DNA from: Thermoleophilia bacterium
Lineage (GTDB): Bacteria > Actinomycetota > Thermoleophilia > Gaiellales > SKUG01
Length of the DNA: 35,722 bases
Reading direction: 5' to 3'
NCBI GenBank assembly: GCA_025964405.1
Contig: JAOPYW010000005.1
Span: 1 to 35,722 of the forward strand
This document shows positions 1 to 8,668 of the stretch, one piece after another (the first letter of the stretch is position 1; each line of letters begins with the position of its first letter). The translations under genes and the position numbers were made by a program. The notes under the pieces were generated by a model. That model made no database searches and was not told the DNA's origin. It saw only the letters and a list, made by a program, of their open reading frames with translations.

Positions 1-71
1 GCCCCGGCGGGTGTTGCTGTCTTCGGGGGCGCGGGGCGTGAAGGCGCAACCGGGCGGGTAGCTCCCCGCCG

Positions 72-1838
72 ATGCCTGACGCACTGAACCTCCCGCCCGA
101 CGCACCGCGCACACGCCGCGCACATCCGGTCGACGGTGCCGGCCGACCCGCGCCCGCCGGGGGATGGCTGCTCTTCGTCGTGTTCGTGGCGGGCGCCGCG
201 CTCATGGCCTTCGAGATCGTGGGCAGCCGCCTGCTCGCACCCACGTTCGGCTCGTCGACCTACGTGTGGGGGTCGCTCATCTCGGTGTTCCTCGCCGCGC
301 TCGCGAGCGGCTACTCCCTGGGCGGACGCCTCGCCGACCGCCGCCCGAACGCCGCCACCCTCGCCACGTTGCTCACCTGCGCGGCGATCCTCGTCGCCGC
401 CACCGTGCTCCTGAGCGAGCCGCTCCAGGACTGGATCACCGACGTCAACCCGCGCGGCACCCGCAGCAACCCGCTCATCGCGAGCGTGCTCCTGTTCGGT
501 CCGGCGAGCGTGCTCATCGGCATGGTCTCCCCGTTCGCCGTGCGCCTGCGCGCCCTCGACGTCGCCACGCTCGGCCGCACCGCCGGCTCGCTCTACGGCC
601 TCTCCACCGCCGGCTCGATCGCCGGCACCATCGCGGCGTCGTTCTGGCTCGTGCAGCAGGCCGGCTCCGACGCCACCGTGTTGATCGTCGCGGGCGCGAT
701 CGCGGCCTGCGCCGTCATGGCCGCAGTGGGCGGACACGCACGCGCTCGCGCCGTCGGCTTCACCCTGTTCGGCGTGCTGGCCGTGCTCGTCGTGTGGGGC
801 CTGGGGGCCGGCGGTGCCGACATCGGATCCAAGTTCTCCGGCGCGAGCAGCGACTACTCCCCCGTGTTCCACGCCGGCGGCTACCGCCCCGAGTTCCAGC
901 CCGACCAGTCGGGCACCCTCCGCGCGCAGCAGGACAGCGGCTACCACCGCATCCGCGTCGTCGACTACGCCGCCGGCCAGTTCGGCGCGCGTCCCGTGCG
1001 CGTCATGCACTTCGACAACTCGTCGCAGGCGGCCGTGCCGCTCGTGAAGGGGAAGCCCGTCACCGCCGGCGTGCCCCGCTTCGGGTACCTGCGCGTCATC
1101 GACCTGCTGCCGGCGATCAGGCCTGAGGCACAGCGCGTGCTCCTGGTCGGGCTGGGGAGCGGTGCCGCGGCGATGCGCCTCGCCGAACTGCGACCCGACC
1201 TCGACATCGACGTCGTGGAGATCGACCCGGCCGTGGTGGCCGTCGCACGGAAGTGGTTCGGCTACCGCGACTCCTCCAACGGCAACCCGCGCATCACCAC
1301 CCACGTCGGCGACGGCCGCACCTGGCTCGCGGCGCAGCCCGACAGCGCCGAGTTCGACGCGGTCTACATCGACGCCTACTTCGCGGATTCGATCCCGTTC
1401 CACCTGACCACCCGCGAGTTCCTCGAGCTCGTCCGCTCCCACCTCGCGCCCGACGGCATCGCCTCGGCCAACCTGATCGGCGCGGTCGAGGGCTCGCGCA
1501 GCGAACTGTTCCGCTCGATGCATCGCACCTGGTCGAAGGTCTTCAGCGACGTCGCCACGTATCCGGTTCCTGCCGAGGGCGGATCGCTCGACCTGTCGAC
1601 CTTCACGAACATCGAGCTCATCGCGTCGGCCGATCGCGGGGTGCTGCCGCCCCGCGGCGGCGAGGCCTCGCTCGTGGAGGCGGCCGATCTCGACGTGCCC
1701 GCGTCGACGCTGCTCGACGCGAGCTTCACCCGCCTGATCGCCGCCCGCTACAGCCGCTCGATCAGCACATCGGGGGTGCCGGTGCTGACCGATGACCGCG
1801 CGCCGGTCGACTCGCTGCTGGCCGTCGACGGCATCTAG
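72..1838 (+). CDS. Fused polytopic membrane domain / spermidine-synthase-like (class I methyltransferase-fold) protein
   Basis: 588-aa ORF. The N-terminal ~230 aa form several hydrophobic helices (LLFVVFVAGAALMAFEIVG, VLLFGPASVLIGMVSPF, VLIVAGAIAACAVMAAVGG). The C-terminal half has spermidine-synthase-like motifs (VLLVGLGSGAAA, DVVEIDPAVV, DAVYIDAY). Family assignment from memory. Confidence 0.7.
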   Translation: MPDALNLPPDAPRTRRAHPVDGAGRPAPAGGWLLFVVFVAGAALMAFEIVGSRLLAPTFGSSTYVWGSLISVFLAALASGYSLGGRLADRRPNAATLATLLTCAAILVAATVLLSEPLQDWITDVNPRGTRSNPLIASVLLFGPASVLIGMVSPFAVRLRALDVATLGRTAGSLYGLSTAGSIAGTIAASFWLVQQAGSDATVLIVAGAIAACAVMAAVGGHARARAVGFTLFGVLAVLVVWGLGAGGADIGSKFSGASSDYSPVFHAGGYRPEFQPDQSGTLRAQQDSGYHRIRVVDYAAGQFGARPVRVMHFDNSSQAAVPLVKGKPVTAGVPRFGYLRVIDLLPAIRPEAQRVLLVGLGSGAAAMRLAELRPDLDIDVVEIDPAVVAVARKWFGYRDSSNGNPRITTHVGDGRTWLAAQPDSAEFDAVYIDAYFADSIPFHLTTREFLELVRSHLAPDGIASANLIGAVEGSRSELFRSMHRTWSKVFSDVATYPVPAEGGSLDLSTFTNIELIASADRGVLPPRGGEASLVEAADLDVPASTLLDASFTRLIAARYSRSISTSGVPVLTDDRAPVDSLLAVDGI

Positions 1839-1891
1839 CGACGCTCGGCCACGCGCCGCGCACCGCTCCCCCGCAGGGTGGAACACCTTTC

Positions 1892-1906
1892 GTAGCGATC
1901 TGCTAC
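1892..1906. promoter_or_regulatory. Inverted repeat GTAGC-N5-GCTAC upstream of the first S8 peptidase (candidate operator)
   Basis: gtagcgatctgctac read directly, with perfect 5-bp arms and a centre ~72 nt upstream of ATG 1971. The same arms and spacing recur upstream of the second S8 paralog at 5012-5026. Confidence 0.35.
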
Positions 1907-1970
1907 CGTCTCGCCCGTCATGCGCGGAGTCAGGGACGGCCTCGCGCAGCTACGGGAAGGGAATCCCTAC

Positions 1971-3362
1971 ATGTCATTCATCAACCTCGATGCCGGTGCG
2001 CGCACCTACATCGCTTCGCTGAAGGTCGATCCGAACTTCTCGGCGATCACCGAGGCGACCTCACGCGCCGACCGCAAGAGCCTCGCCTACGCGGCGATGA
2101 CCACTGCCGAGCAGGCCGTGCAGGAGACGCTCGTGCCGAAGCTCGAGTCGCTCAAGGCCGACGGCCTCGTGCAGAGCTGGGATTTCGCGACCGGCACCGG
2201 CGCGCTCATCCTCAACGTCGACGATTCGCGAGCGAAGGCCGCCTTCCAGGCGCTGCAGGGCGTGACCGAGCTCGGTCGCATCGTGCGCAACCAGGAGGTC
2301 GTGCTCGACGACGTCGTCGAGGGTGACGTCGCGGCTCCGAAGGCCGGCGACAAGACGGTGGAGTGGAACGTGGCGAAGGTCGGTGCGCAGGACGCATGGG
2401 CCGCCGGCGCCAACGGCACCGGCATCACGGTCGGCATCGTCGACACGGGCGCGAACGTGCAGCACGAGGCGCTCAAGTCGCACTTCCGCGGCACGCAGGC
2501 CGACGGCACCGTGACGAGCGACTACTCGTTCTTCGACGCGGTCAACGGCAAGAAGGACGCCTACGACGACCACAACCACGGCTCGCACGTGGCCGGCACC
2601 AGCGTCGGTGGCACCGAGGATCACCTGACCGGCGTCGCGCCCGGCGCGAAGTTCATCTCGGCCAAGGTCTTCACGGCCGGTGGTTCGGGTTCGACGGCGA
2701 CGATCCTCAAGGGTCTCAGCTGGATGCTCGCGCCGACCAAGGCCGACGGCACGGGTGCCGATCCGACGAAGGCCCCTGACATCGTCTCCAACTCGTGGGG
2801 CAACTCGAACGGTGCCGACCTCGGCTACCTCAACGCGTGGAAGGCCTTCGAGGCCGCCGGCATCATCCCGGTGGTCGCGGCCGGCAACGCCGGTTCGCGT
2901 CCCGACACGATCGGCGCACCCGGTTCGTACGGCGAGTCGATCACCGTCGGCGCGACCGACATCAACGACAAGGTCGCCTCGTTCTCGAGCCGTGGCCCGT
3001 CGAAGGTGAAGGACAAGGACGGCAACCTCATCCCGAAGCCCGACATCTCGGCTCCGGGCGTGGACGTCATCTCCGCCGGCAAGACCGCCAACTCGTACGT
3101 CAAGATGAGCGGCACGTCGATGGCCACCCCGGCCGTCGCGGGCCTCATCGCCGTCGTGCTGAGCAAGTACCCGAACCTGAGCGCCGAGCAGGTCCGCACG
3201 GTGCTGGCCCAGAGCGCGGTCGACGTGGATGCCCCCGGCTTCGACGTCAACACCGGCTGGGGCCGCGTGTCGGCACCGGCCGCGGTCGCGAAGGCTGACG
3301 AGCTCTTCGGCTCGAAGAAGCCCGCGCCCACGCCGCCCACGAAGGTGCTCGCGTTCGCCTGA
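1971..3362 (+). CDS. S8 family (subtilisin-like) serine peptidase, paralog 1, with I9-like N-terminal propeptide and no signal peptide
   Basis: Catalytic triad motifs VGIVDTG (Asp), HGSHVAGT (His) and SGTSMATPAVAG (Ser). I moved the start from the track's 1920 to ATG 1971 (MSFINLDAG...), which follows gggaaggga. The N-terminus has no hydrophobic h-region. Confidence 0.85.
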   Translation: MSFINLDAGARTYIASLKVDPNFSAITEATSRADRKSLAYAAMTTAEQAVQETLVPKLESLKADGLVQSWDFATGTGALILNVDDSRAKAAFQALQGVTELGRIVRNQEVVLDDVVEGDVAAPKAGDKTVEWNVAKVGAQDAWAAGANGTGITVGIVDTGANVQHEALKSHFRGTQADGTVTSDYSFFDAVNGKKDAYDDHNHGSHVAGTSVGGTEDHLTGVAPGAKFISAKVFTAGGSGSTATILKGLSWMLAPTKADGTGADPTKAPDIVSNSWGNSNGADLGYLNAWKAFEAAGIIPVVAAGNAGSRPDTIGAPGSYGESITVGATDINDKVASFSSRGPSKVKDKDGNLIPKPDISAPGVDVISAGKTANSYVKMSGTSMATPAVAGLIAVVLSKYPNLSAEQVRTVLAQSAVDVDAPGFDVNTGWGRVSAPAAVAKADELFGSKKPAPTPPTKVLAFA

Positions 3363-3396
3363 TCGGCGCACGACACACCACGTGCAGTTCCATGCG

Positions 3397-3422
3397 GGGC
3401 GCTTCCTTCGGGAGGCGCCCCG
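3397..3422 (+). terminator. GC-rich hairpin with UUCG loop downstream of S8 paralog 1
   Basis: ggggcgcttcc-ttcg-ggaggcgcccc forms an 11-bp stem (one G.U pair) with a UUCG tetraloop, 35 nt after the stop. There is no clear U-tract, so termination efficiency is uncertain. Confidence 0.5.
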
Positions 3423-3477
3423 TGTGCGTCGCGGCGAGGAATCGGTGACATGATCGGCCCAGCTCGCATGGAGGAGC

Positions 3478-4056
3478 GTGGAGCCTGATCCGACATCGAC
3501 CGACGCGCAGCTGCTGCGCACCGCCCGCCGCGACCCGCGGGCCTTCGATGCGATCTACGTCCGTCATGCTGGGGAGCTGCATTCCTGGTTGGTGCGTCAG
3601 GTCGGCGACGACGCTGTCGCGCTCGACCTCACCGCCGAGACGTTTGCCCAAGCGTGGCGACATCGCCGCCGGTTCCGGGCCCCCGCAGACGGCAGCGCCG
3701 GCGCATGGCTCCACGGCATCGCCCGCAACCTCTTCCGCACCTGGTCACACCACCAACGGGTCGAGTCGGGTGCGCGCCAGCGGCTCGGGATGCAGGTCGA
3801 GGGCGTGGGCGGCAGCGTCGACTCCGACGAGGCGCTCGACCAGCTCGACGCCGCGCGCGTCGGACCGATTGCGCTCGAGCGCCTGCGCGATCTGCCCGCC
3901 GACCAGCGCGCAGCCGTGACCCTGCGCGTGTTGGACGAGCTCTCCTACGACGAGATCGCCGCGCGCCTCGAGTGTTCGGCCGCCACCGCACGCATGCGCG
4001 TGCACCGCGGGCTGCGCTCGCTCAATGCCACGCTGGAGGGAATCGCACATGACTGA
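3478..4056 (+). CDS. ECF-type RNA polymerase sigma factor (sigma-70 family, regions 2 and 4)
   Basis: 192 aa. Region 2-like DLTAETFAQAW and WLHGIARNL. Region 4 HTH LPADQRAAVTLRVLDELSYDEIAARLECSAATARMRVHRGLRSL. GTG start is uncertain because GGAGGAG lies immediately adjacent to it. Confidence 0.8.
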   Translation: MEPDPTSTDAQLLRTARRDPRAFDAIYVRHAGELHSWLVRQVGDDAVALDLTAETFAQAWRHRRRFRAPADGSAGAWLHGIARNLFRTWSHHQRVESGARQRLGMQVEGVGGSVDSDEALDQLDAARVGPIALERLRDLPADQRAAVTLRVLDELSYDEIAARLECSAATARMRVHRGLRSLNATLEGIAHD

Positions 4057-4975
4057 CACCCTGCTCACACCCGAGCTGCTCGCGCTGCGCCGCGACCTGT
4101 TCGCCGCAACCACCCGCGACGTCGAGCAGCGGCGCCTGCGGCACCATCCCGTGCGAGCCATCGCACTGGCGCTCGTCGCGATCGTCGCCGTGAGCGGCGT
4201 GGCGATGGCGGCCAGCCCGCAGTTCACGCGCACGGTGACCGACGCTGGGGCGGCGCCGCTCCGATCGCTCGGCATCTTCGAGCGCGATGCCCGACCCGCA
4301 CGCGATGGAGACGCGCGCGAGCCCGAGCTGTCGCAGGAGGCGGCGCGGCGGTTCGCGGAGTTGCTGCCCGCGCGGGGTCGGGTGCCTGGCGCGCAGTACC
4401 CCGGCGCGTTCGTCACGGGCAAGGGGCGGCTCGCCGTGTCCCTGCGGGCCGAAGGGTACGAGGTCGAGCTGTACGTGACGCTCACCGACTTGGGTCAGGC
4501 TTGTACCACCGGGGTGCTCGTCGCAGGCGGAAACGGGGTCACTGGCACGGGCGGGTGCATCCAGGCGCTCGACCCGTCGTGGCCCGTCGCCACGCAGGGC
4601 CTCAATTCGGCGCAGCGACGCCAGGCGCTCGTCGGCGTCGTGTCGGACGACGTTCGTGCGGTGCGCTTCGAGACCACGCTCGGCATGGAGCAGGCGGTGA
4701 TGGGTGACAACGCGTTCGCCTACCTGGCGCCCGACGAGGAGCATCCACCGATCGCGCAGGAGGTGGAACTGCGAAACGGCACCGTCCTGCGGCGCACCAC
4801 GCCCGGCTTCGCGCAGGGCCGCGATCAGGCCCGCGCGTGGATGTCGTGTCGGGACGCGGCACCACACGACGCGAAGCGCAACGTGTCAGCGGCCGACACC
4901 ACGGCGTGCTTCGAACGGTCCGCGAACGCGTATCCGCCGCTGGAGCAGGGGCCCGTCACCGTCGTTGCCGGGTGA
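4049..4975 (+). CDS. Single-pass membrane protein co-transcribed with the ECF sigma (putative anti-sigma / sensor partner)
   Basis: ATG 4049 overlaps the sigma stop (4054-4056) by 8 nt and follows GGAGGGAA. A ~35-aa cytoplasmic head precedes one TM helix (AIALALVAIVAVSGVAMAA) and a ~240-aa extracytoplasmic domain. No HxxxCxxC zinc motif. The role is inferred from position only. Confidence 0.5.
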   Translation: MTDTLLTPELLALRRDLFAATTRDVEQRRLRHHPVRAIALALVAIVAVSGVAMAASPQFTRTVTDAGAAPLRSLGIFERDARPARDGDAREPELSQEAARRFAELLPARGRVPGAQYPGAFVTGKGRLAVSLRAEGYEVELYVTLTDLGQACTTGVLVAGGNGVTGTGGCIQALDPSWPVATQGLNSAQRRQALVGVVSDDVRAVRFETTLGMEQAVMGDNAFAYLAPDEEHPPIAQEVELRNGTVLRRTTPGFAQGRDQARAWMSCRDAAPHDAKRNVSAADTTACFERSANAYPPLEQGPVTVVAG

Positions 4976-5011
4976 CCCGTGGCCCGGGCACGGCCCGAAG
5001 GCGGCCAGTCG

Positions 5012-5026
5012 GTAGCTGAGTGCTAC
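5012..5026. promoter_or_regulatory. Inverted repeat GTAGC-N5-GCTAC upstream of the second S8 peptidase (candidate operator)
   Basis: gtagctgagtgctac read directly. It is embedded in a 13-nt direct repeat GGCCAGTCGGTAG found at 5003-5015 and 5036-5048 (33-nt period). The centre is ~103 nt upstream of ATG 5122. Confidence 0.35.
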
Positions 5027-5121
5027 CAACTCGACGGCCAGTCGGTAGGATTTGCAGACCGTCTGGAGGCGGTCCATTGCCATGGAGGGCGATGGTCACA
5101 CACCAAGGAGGGTGGGAAACC

Positions 5122-6531
5122 ATGCTTGATTCACTCGTCATCGGCGATTACGCCAGCAGCCACGCGGGCGTGCGCACGTACATCGCCCAGCTCGACAGCA
5201 CCGCGAAGCTCGACTCGCTCGTCGCGATGGACCGCGGGGGCGAGCGCAAGGTCGCGGTCGTCAACGAGCTCCTGCGCGCGAACACCGAGTCGATGACCGG
5301 CGTGGCGCCGGCCCTCGACGCACTCAAGGCCCAGGGCCTCATCGAGTCGTACGAGGTCAGCCCGCTCTCCAACAGCGTCATCTACGACGTGCCGGAAGCT
5401 CGCGCCGCCGAGGCCTGGAAGGCGATCAACCAGGTCGAGGGCATCGCCAACGTCATCCGCAACCGCGAGGTGCACCTCGACCCGATCGAGGACGCCAAGG
5501 TCGGCGCCGCGAGCGTGACCGAGTTCCCGACCGGCAACGAGTGGAACGTCGAGAAGGTCAAGGCTCCCGAGGTCTGGGCGCAGGGCTTCGACGGCACCGG
5601 CATCACGGTCGGCATCGTCGACACGGGCTCCGATGTCAGCCATCCGCTGCTCCACGACAAGTACCGCGGCACCAACGCCGACGGCACGCAGACCGACGAC
5701 TACAACTTCCACGACGAGGTCAACAAGAAGACCGCGCCGTACGACGACAACAAGCACGGCACGCACGTGACCGGCACGGTGCTCGGCTCGACCGCGACCT
5801 ACGACACCGGCATCGCGCCCGGCGCGAAGTTCATCACGTCGAAGATCCTCTCCGGGTCGGGCAGCGGCACCATGGCCGGCGTGCTCAAGGGCCTCGCGTG
5901 GATGCTCGCACCCACGAAGTCGGACGGCACCGCGCCTGACCCGACCAAGGCTCCCGACGTGATCTCCAACAGCTGGGGCTCCAACGACGGCAAGTCGACC
6001 GCGTTCTCGGCGCTGCTCAAGTCGTTCCTGGCCGCCGGCATCGAGCCGGTGTTCGCCGCCGGCAACGCCGGCCCGCGCGCCGGCAGCGTCGGCTCACCGG
6101 GCAGCGACCCGAGTGCGATCACGGTCGCGTCGACCGACAAGGACGACAAGGTCTCGTCGTTCTCGAGCCGCGGCCCGAGCCCGCTGCCCGCAGCGGACGG
6201 CTCCGACCACAAGCCCGACATCTCGGCACCGGGCCGCGACATCACGTCGTCGTTCCCGGGTGGCGGACTCGGTACCATCAGCGGCACCTCGATGGCCACC
6301 CCGGCCGTGTCGGGCGTGGTCACGCTGCTGCTGTCGAAGCACCGCGACCTCACGCACGAGGAGATCGTGAAGGCGATCACCTCCAGCGCGCGCGACATCG
6401 ACGCACCGGGTTGGGACTACAACTCGGGCGCCGGCCTGATCGACGCGGCAGCGGCGCTCACGGCCGCCGACGCACTCGTCGCGGCACGCACCCCGGTGCC
6501 GCCGACGCCGCCGGTTCCGGTCAGCGCCTGA
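5122..6531 (+). CDS. S8 family (subtilisin-like) serine peptidase, paralog 2, no signal peptide
   Basis: Motifs VGIVDTG, HGTHVTGT and SGTSMATPAVSG. ATG 5122 follows AAGGAGGG (5105-5112). Colinear with paralog 1 along its whole length, including the N-terminal G(A/V)RTYIA(S/Q)L motif and the Pro-rich C-terminus (TPVPPTPPVPVSA versus KKPAPTPPTKV). Confidence 0.85.
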   Translation: MLDSLVIGDYASSHAGVRTYIAQLDSTAKLDSLVAMDRGGERKVAVVNELLRANTESMTGVAPALDALKAQGLIESYEVSPLSNSVIYDVPEARAAEAWKAINQVEGIANVIRNREVHLDPIEDAKVGAASVTEFPTGNEWNVEKVKAPEVWAQGFDGTGITVGIVDTGSDVSHPLLHDKYRGTNADGTQTDDYNFHDEVNKKTAPYDDNKHGTHVTGTVLGSTATYDTGIAPGAKFITSKILSGSGSGTMAGVLKGLAWMLAPTKSDGTAPDPTKAPDVISNSWGSNDGKSTAFSALLKSFLAAGIEPVFAAGNAGPRAGSVGSPGSDPSAITVASTDKDDKVSSFSSRGPSPLPAADGSDHKPDISAPGRDITSSFPGGGLGTISGTSMATPAVSGVVTLLLSKHRDLTHEEIVKAITSSARDIDAPGWDYNSGAGLIDAAAALTAADALVAARTPVPPTPPVPVSA

Positions 6532-6573
6532 ACCGGCATCGCGGTGCGCTCGTCGCGCCGTCGTGGAGATACT

Positions 6574-6605
6574 GAAGGGCCCCGCCGGTGTCGGCGGGGC
6601 CCTTC
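6574..6605 (+). terminator. Hairpin terminator after S8 paralog 2
   Basis: gaagggccccgccg-gtgt-cggcggggcccttc forms a 14-bp perfect stem, 43 nt after the stop. The downstream tract is weakly T-containing (gtacgtt). Confidence 0.55.
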
Positions 6606-6842
6606 GTACGTTGGGACTGTCGGCGCGAAGGATGGAAGCGATCGCATACCGACCGACTGTCGCTGCCACTCGCTCGAGCTGGGGTGGGGTGGATTCGGGT
6701 GGGCTGCTCGGGCCAGTTGATCAGGAAGCGGGTGCCGTTGGGGTTGTCCTCAGGTGCAACTCACTTCGGCGGGGAAATCCCCGGAGCTTGAGCAGACTGG
6801 AGCGCCGTGCGCACATTGCAAAGCGCGATAGGATCGAGCGCG

Positions 6843-7877
6843 ATGGACATTCAGCGCGACTACCCCGAAATTGCCGACGTCACGATCATCGGCGGCGGAC
6901 CCTCCGGCCTGGCGGCGGCGTACTACGCCGGACACCGAGAGGCGACCGTGCGCATCATGGACACGCTGCCCGAGCTCGGTGGCCAGGTCATGGCGATGTA
7001 TCCCGAGAAGCACGTCTACGACGTCGCCGGCCATCCGAAGATCAAGGCGAGCGAACTGATCCGCCTCCAGTGCGAGCAGGCACTGCAGTTCGATCCGGAG
7101 ATCGTGCTCGAGGAGGATGCGACCGCGCTCGAGTACGTCGACGCCCCCGACGAGCCGAGCGGCCAGCTCATCCGCATCGTCGGCCTCGCGGGCCGCTCCT
7201 ACCTGACCCGCACGATCATCGTCACGGCCGGCCACGGCGCGTTCGAGCCGCGCAAGCTGCCGATCGAGGGCATCGACGGCTGGAACCACCGCGGCCTCTC
7301 CTACCTGGTCAAGCGCACCGCCGACTTCGCGAACAAGAAGGTCGTGCTCGTCGGCGGCGGCGACTCCGCCCTCGACTGGACGCTCGGCCTGCACGACATC
7401 GCGGCCGCACCGCTCACGCTCGTGCACCGCCGCGACCGGTTCCGCGCACTCGAGGGCTCGGTCACGCAGATGCGCAACCTCGCCGCGCACGGCAAGGTGA
7501 ACCTGATGGTGCCCTGCGAGGTCACGGCCATCCACGGCTCCGACCGCATCGAGGGCGTGACGATCACCAACGCCGACGACGGCGTCGAACACCACGAGGA
7601 GTGCGACGCACTCGTCACGCTGCTCGGCTTCAAGAGCGCGCTTGGGTCGATCGGTGACTGGCCGATCGAGTTCCACTCCAAGAAGCAGGTGCTCGTGAAC
7701 CCAGCCACGATGGAGACGAGCATGCCGCTCGTGTTCGCTGCTGGCGACGTGGCCGGGTACGAGAACAAGATCACGCTCATCACCATCGGCATGGGTGAGG
7801 CCGCGATCGCCGCCAACCGCGCGATCACGGTCTTCCGCCCCGAGGCGAAGGCCCAGCCGAAGTACTCATCGGAGTGA
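6843..7877 (+). CDS. Ferredoxin-NADP(+) reductase, thioredoxin-reductase-like type (YumC-like)
   Basis: FAD GxGxxG motif DVTIIGGGPSGLAAAYYAG. Also ELGGQ, a second nucleotide site VVLVGGGDSALDW and a C-terminal FAAGDVAGY. It lacks the CxxC of true TrxR. I moved the start to ATG 6843 (MDIQRDYPE...). Confidence 0.8.
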   Translation: MDIQRDYPEIADVTIIGGGPSGLAAAYYAGHREATVRIMDTLPELGGQVMAMYPEKHVYDVAGHPKIKASELIRLQCEQALQFDPEIVLEEDATALEYVDAPDEPSGQLIRIVGLAGRSYLTRTIIVTAGHGAFEPRKLPIEGIDGWNHRGLSYLVKRTADFANKKVVLVGGGDSALDWTLGLHDIAAAPLTLVHRRDRFRALEGSVTQMRNLAAHGKVNLMVPCEVTAIHGSDRIEGVTITNADDGVEHHEECDALVTLLGFKSALGSIGDWPIEFHSKKQVLVNPATMETSMPLVFAAGDVAGYENKITLITIGMGEAAIAANRAITVFRPEAKAQPKYSSE

Positions 7878-7881
7878 CACC

Positions 7882-8598
7882 ATGACCGCATTCACCGGCA
7901 CGCTGACCTGGGTCAGCCACGGCACCTTCCTCGTCGAGACGGGGAGCGGCATGCGCATCCTGGTCGACGGGTTCGTGGAGAACTCGCCCACCACCCCCGA
8001 CTCGCTCAAGGGCGCGGGCCTCGGCGACCTCGACCACATCTTCGTGACCCACGGGCACGTCGACCACGTCGCCGACGTCGCCGCGCACCAGCAGCGCACC
8101 GGCGCGACCGTCTACGCGATCGTCGAGCTCGCGGGCTGGTTCGGCAACAACGGCATCGCCAGCGAGAAGCTCGTGGGCTTCAACAAGGGCGGCAGCATCG
8201 ACCTCGGCGACGTGTGCGTGACGATGGTCGATGCCAAGCACAGCTCCTCGACCCCCGACGGCGCGTATGCAGGCGACCCCGCTGGCTTCGTCTTCGAGTT
8301 TGCCGACGGATACACGATCTACTTCTCGGGTGACACGACCGTGTTCAGCGACATGGCGATCATCGGTGAGCTCTACGAGCCCGACCTGGCCGTGCTCTCG
8401 ATCGGCGACTTCTACACGATGGGTCCGCGCGAGGCCGCGAAGGCCGTCGAGCTGGTCGGCGCGCGTCACGTCATCGGCGGGCACTGGGGCACCTTCCCCG
8501 GCCTGACCGGCACGCCGACGAAGCTCGCCGAGCTGTTGGGCTCCACCGCGAAGGTGCACGAGCTGGCGCCGGGCGAGAGCTACCCGCCACGCCCCTAG
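7882..8598 (+). CDS. Metallo-beta-lactamase-fold metal-dependent hydrolase (UPF0173-like)
   Basis: ATG 7882 lies 5 nt after the upstream stop. HxHxDH motif THGHVDHVAD. Overall pattern LTWVSHGTFLVETG...ILVDGF typical of the UPF0173 family. Confidence 0.75.
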   Translation: MTAFTGTLTWVSHGTFLVETGSGMRILVDGFVENSPTTPDSLKGAGLGDLDHIFVTHGHVDHVADVAAHQQRTGATVYAIVELAGWFGNNGIASEKLVGFNKGGSIDLGDVCVTMVDAKHSSSTPDGAYAGDPAGFVFEFADGYTIYFSGDTTVFSDMAIIGELYEPDLAVLSIGDFYTMGPREAAKAVELVGARHVIGGHWGTFPGLTGTPTKLAELLGSTAKVHELAPGESYPPRP

Positions 8599-8668
8599 GG
8601 CGTGACCCTCGCCGCACCGGGTAGGAGCGGGGGAGCGCTGCCATTTCGGCGTCACTCCGGCGACGAGG

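Noticed and set aside
1880-1911. A possible ECF-type promoter (GGAAC ... CGTCT) upstream of S8 paralog 1. CGTCT also occurs upstream of paralog 2 (accgtct near 5060).
   Set aside because: The spacer between GGAAC (1880-1884) and CGTCT (1907-1911) is 22 nt, well outside the ~15-17 nt I recall for ECF promoters. No matching -35 element is seen for paralog 2. I therefore report only the shared palindrome.
1971-6531. The idea that the two S8 peptidases replace the missing PqqF/PqqG protease of the pqq pathway.
   Set aside because: They lie ~19 kb from the pqq operon, belong to a different protease clan from PqqF (an M16 metalloprotease), and sit in their own sigma-factor context. Many pqq clusters lack pqqF anyway.
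6704-6760. A minus-strand peptide fragment EDNPNGTRFLINWPEQ, resembling the C-terminal strand of glyoxalase/VOC-family proteins, in the S8-2/FNR intergenic region. Possibly a gene remnant.
   Set aside because: An in-frame TGA lies only 4 codons upstream, and the downstream continuation is not protein-like. The fragment is too short to call as a pseudogene without a blastx search.
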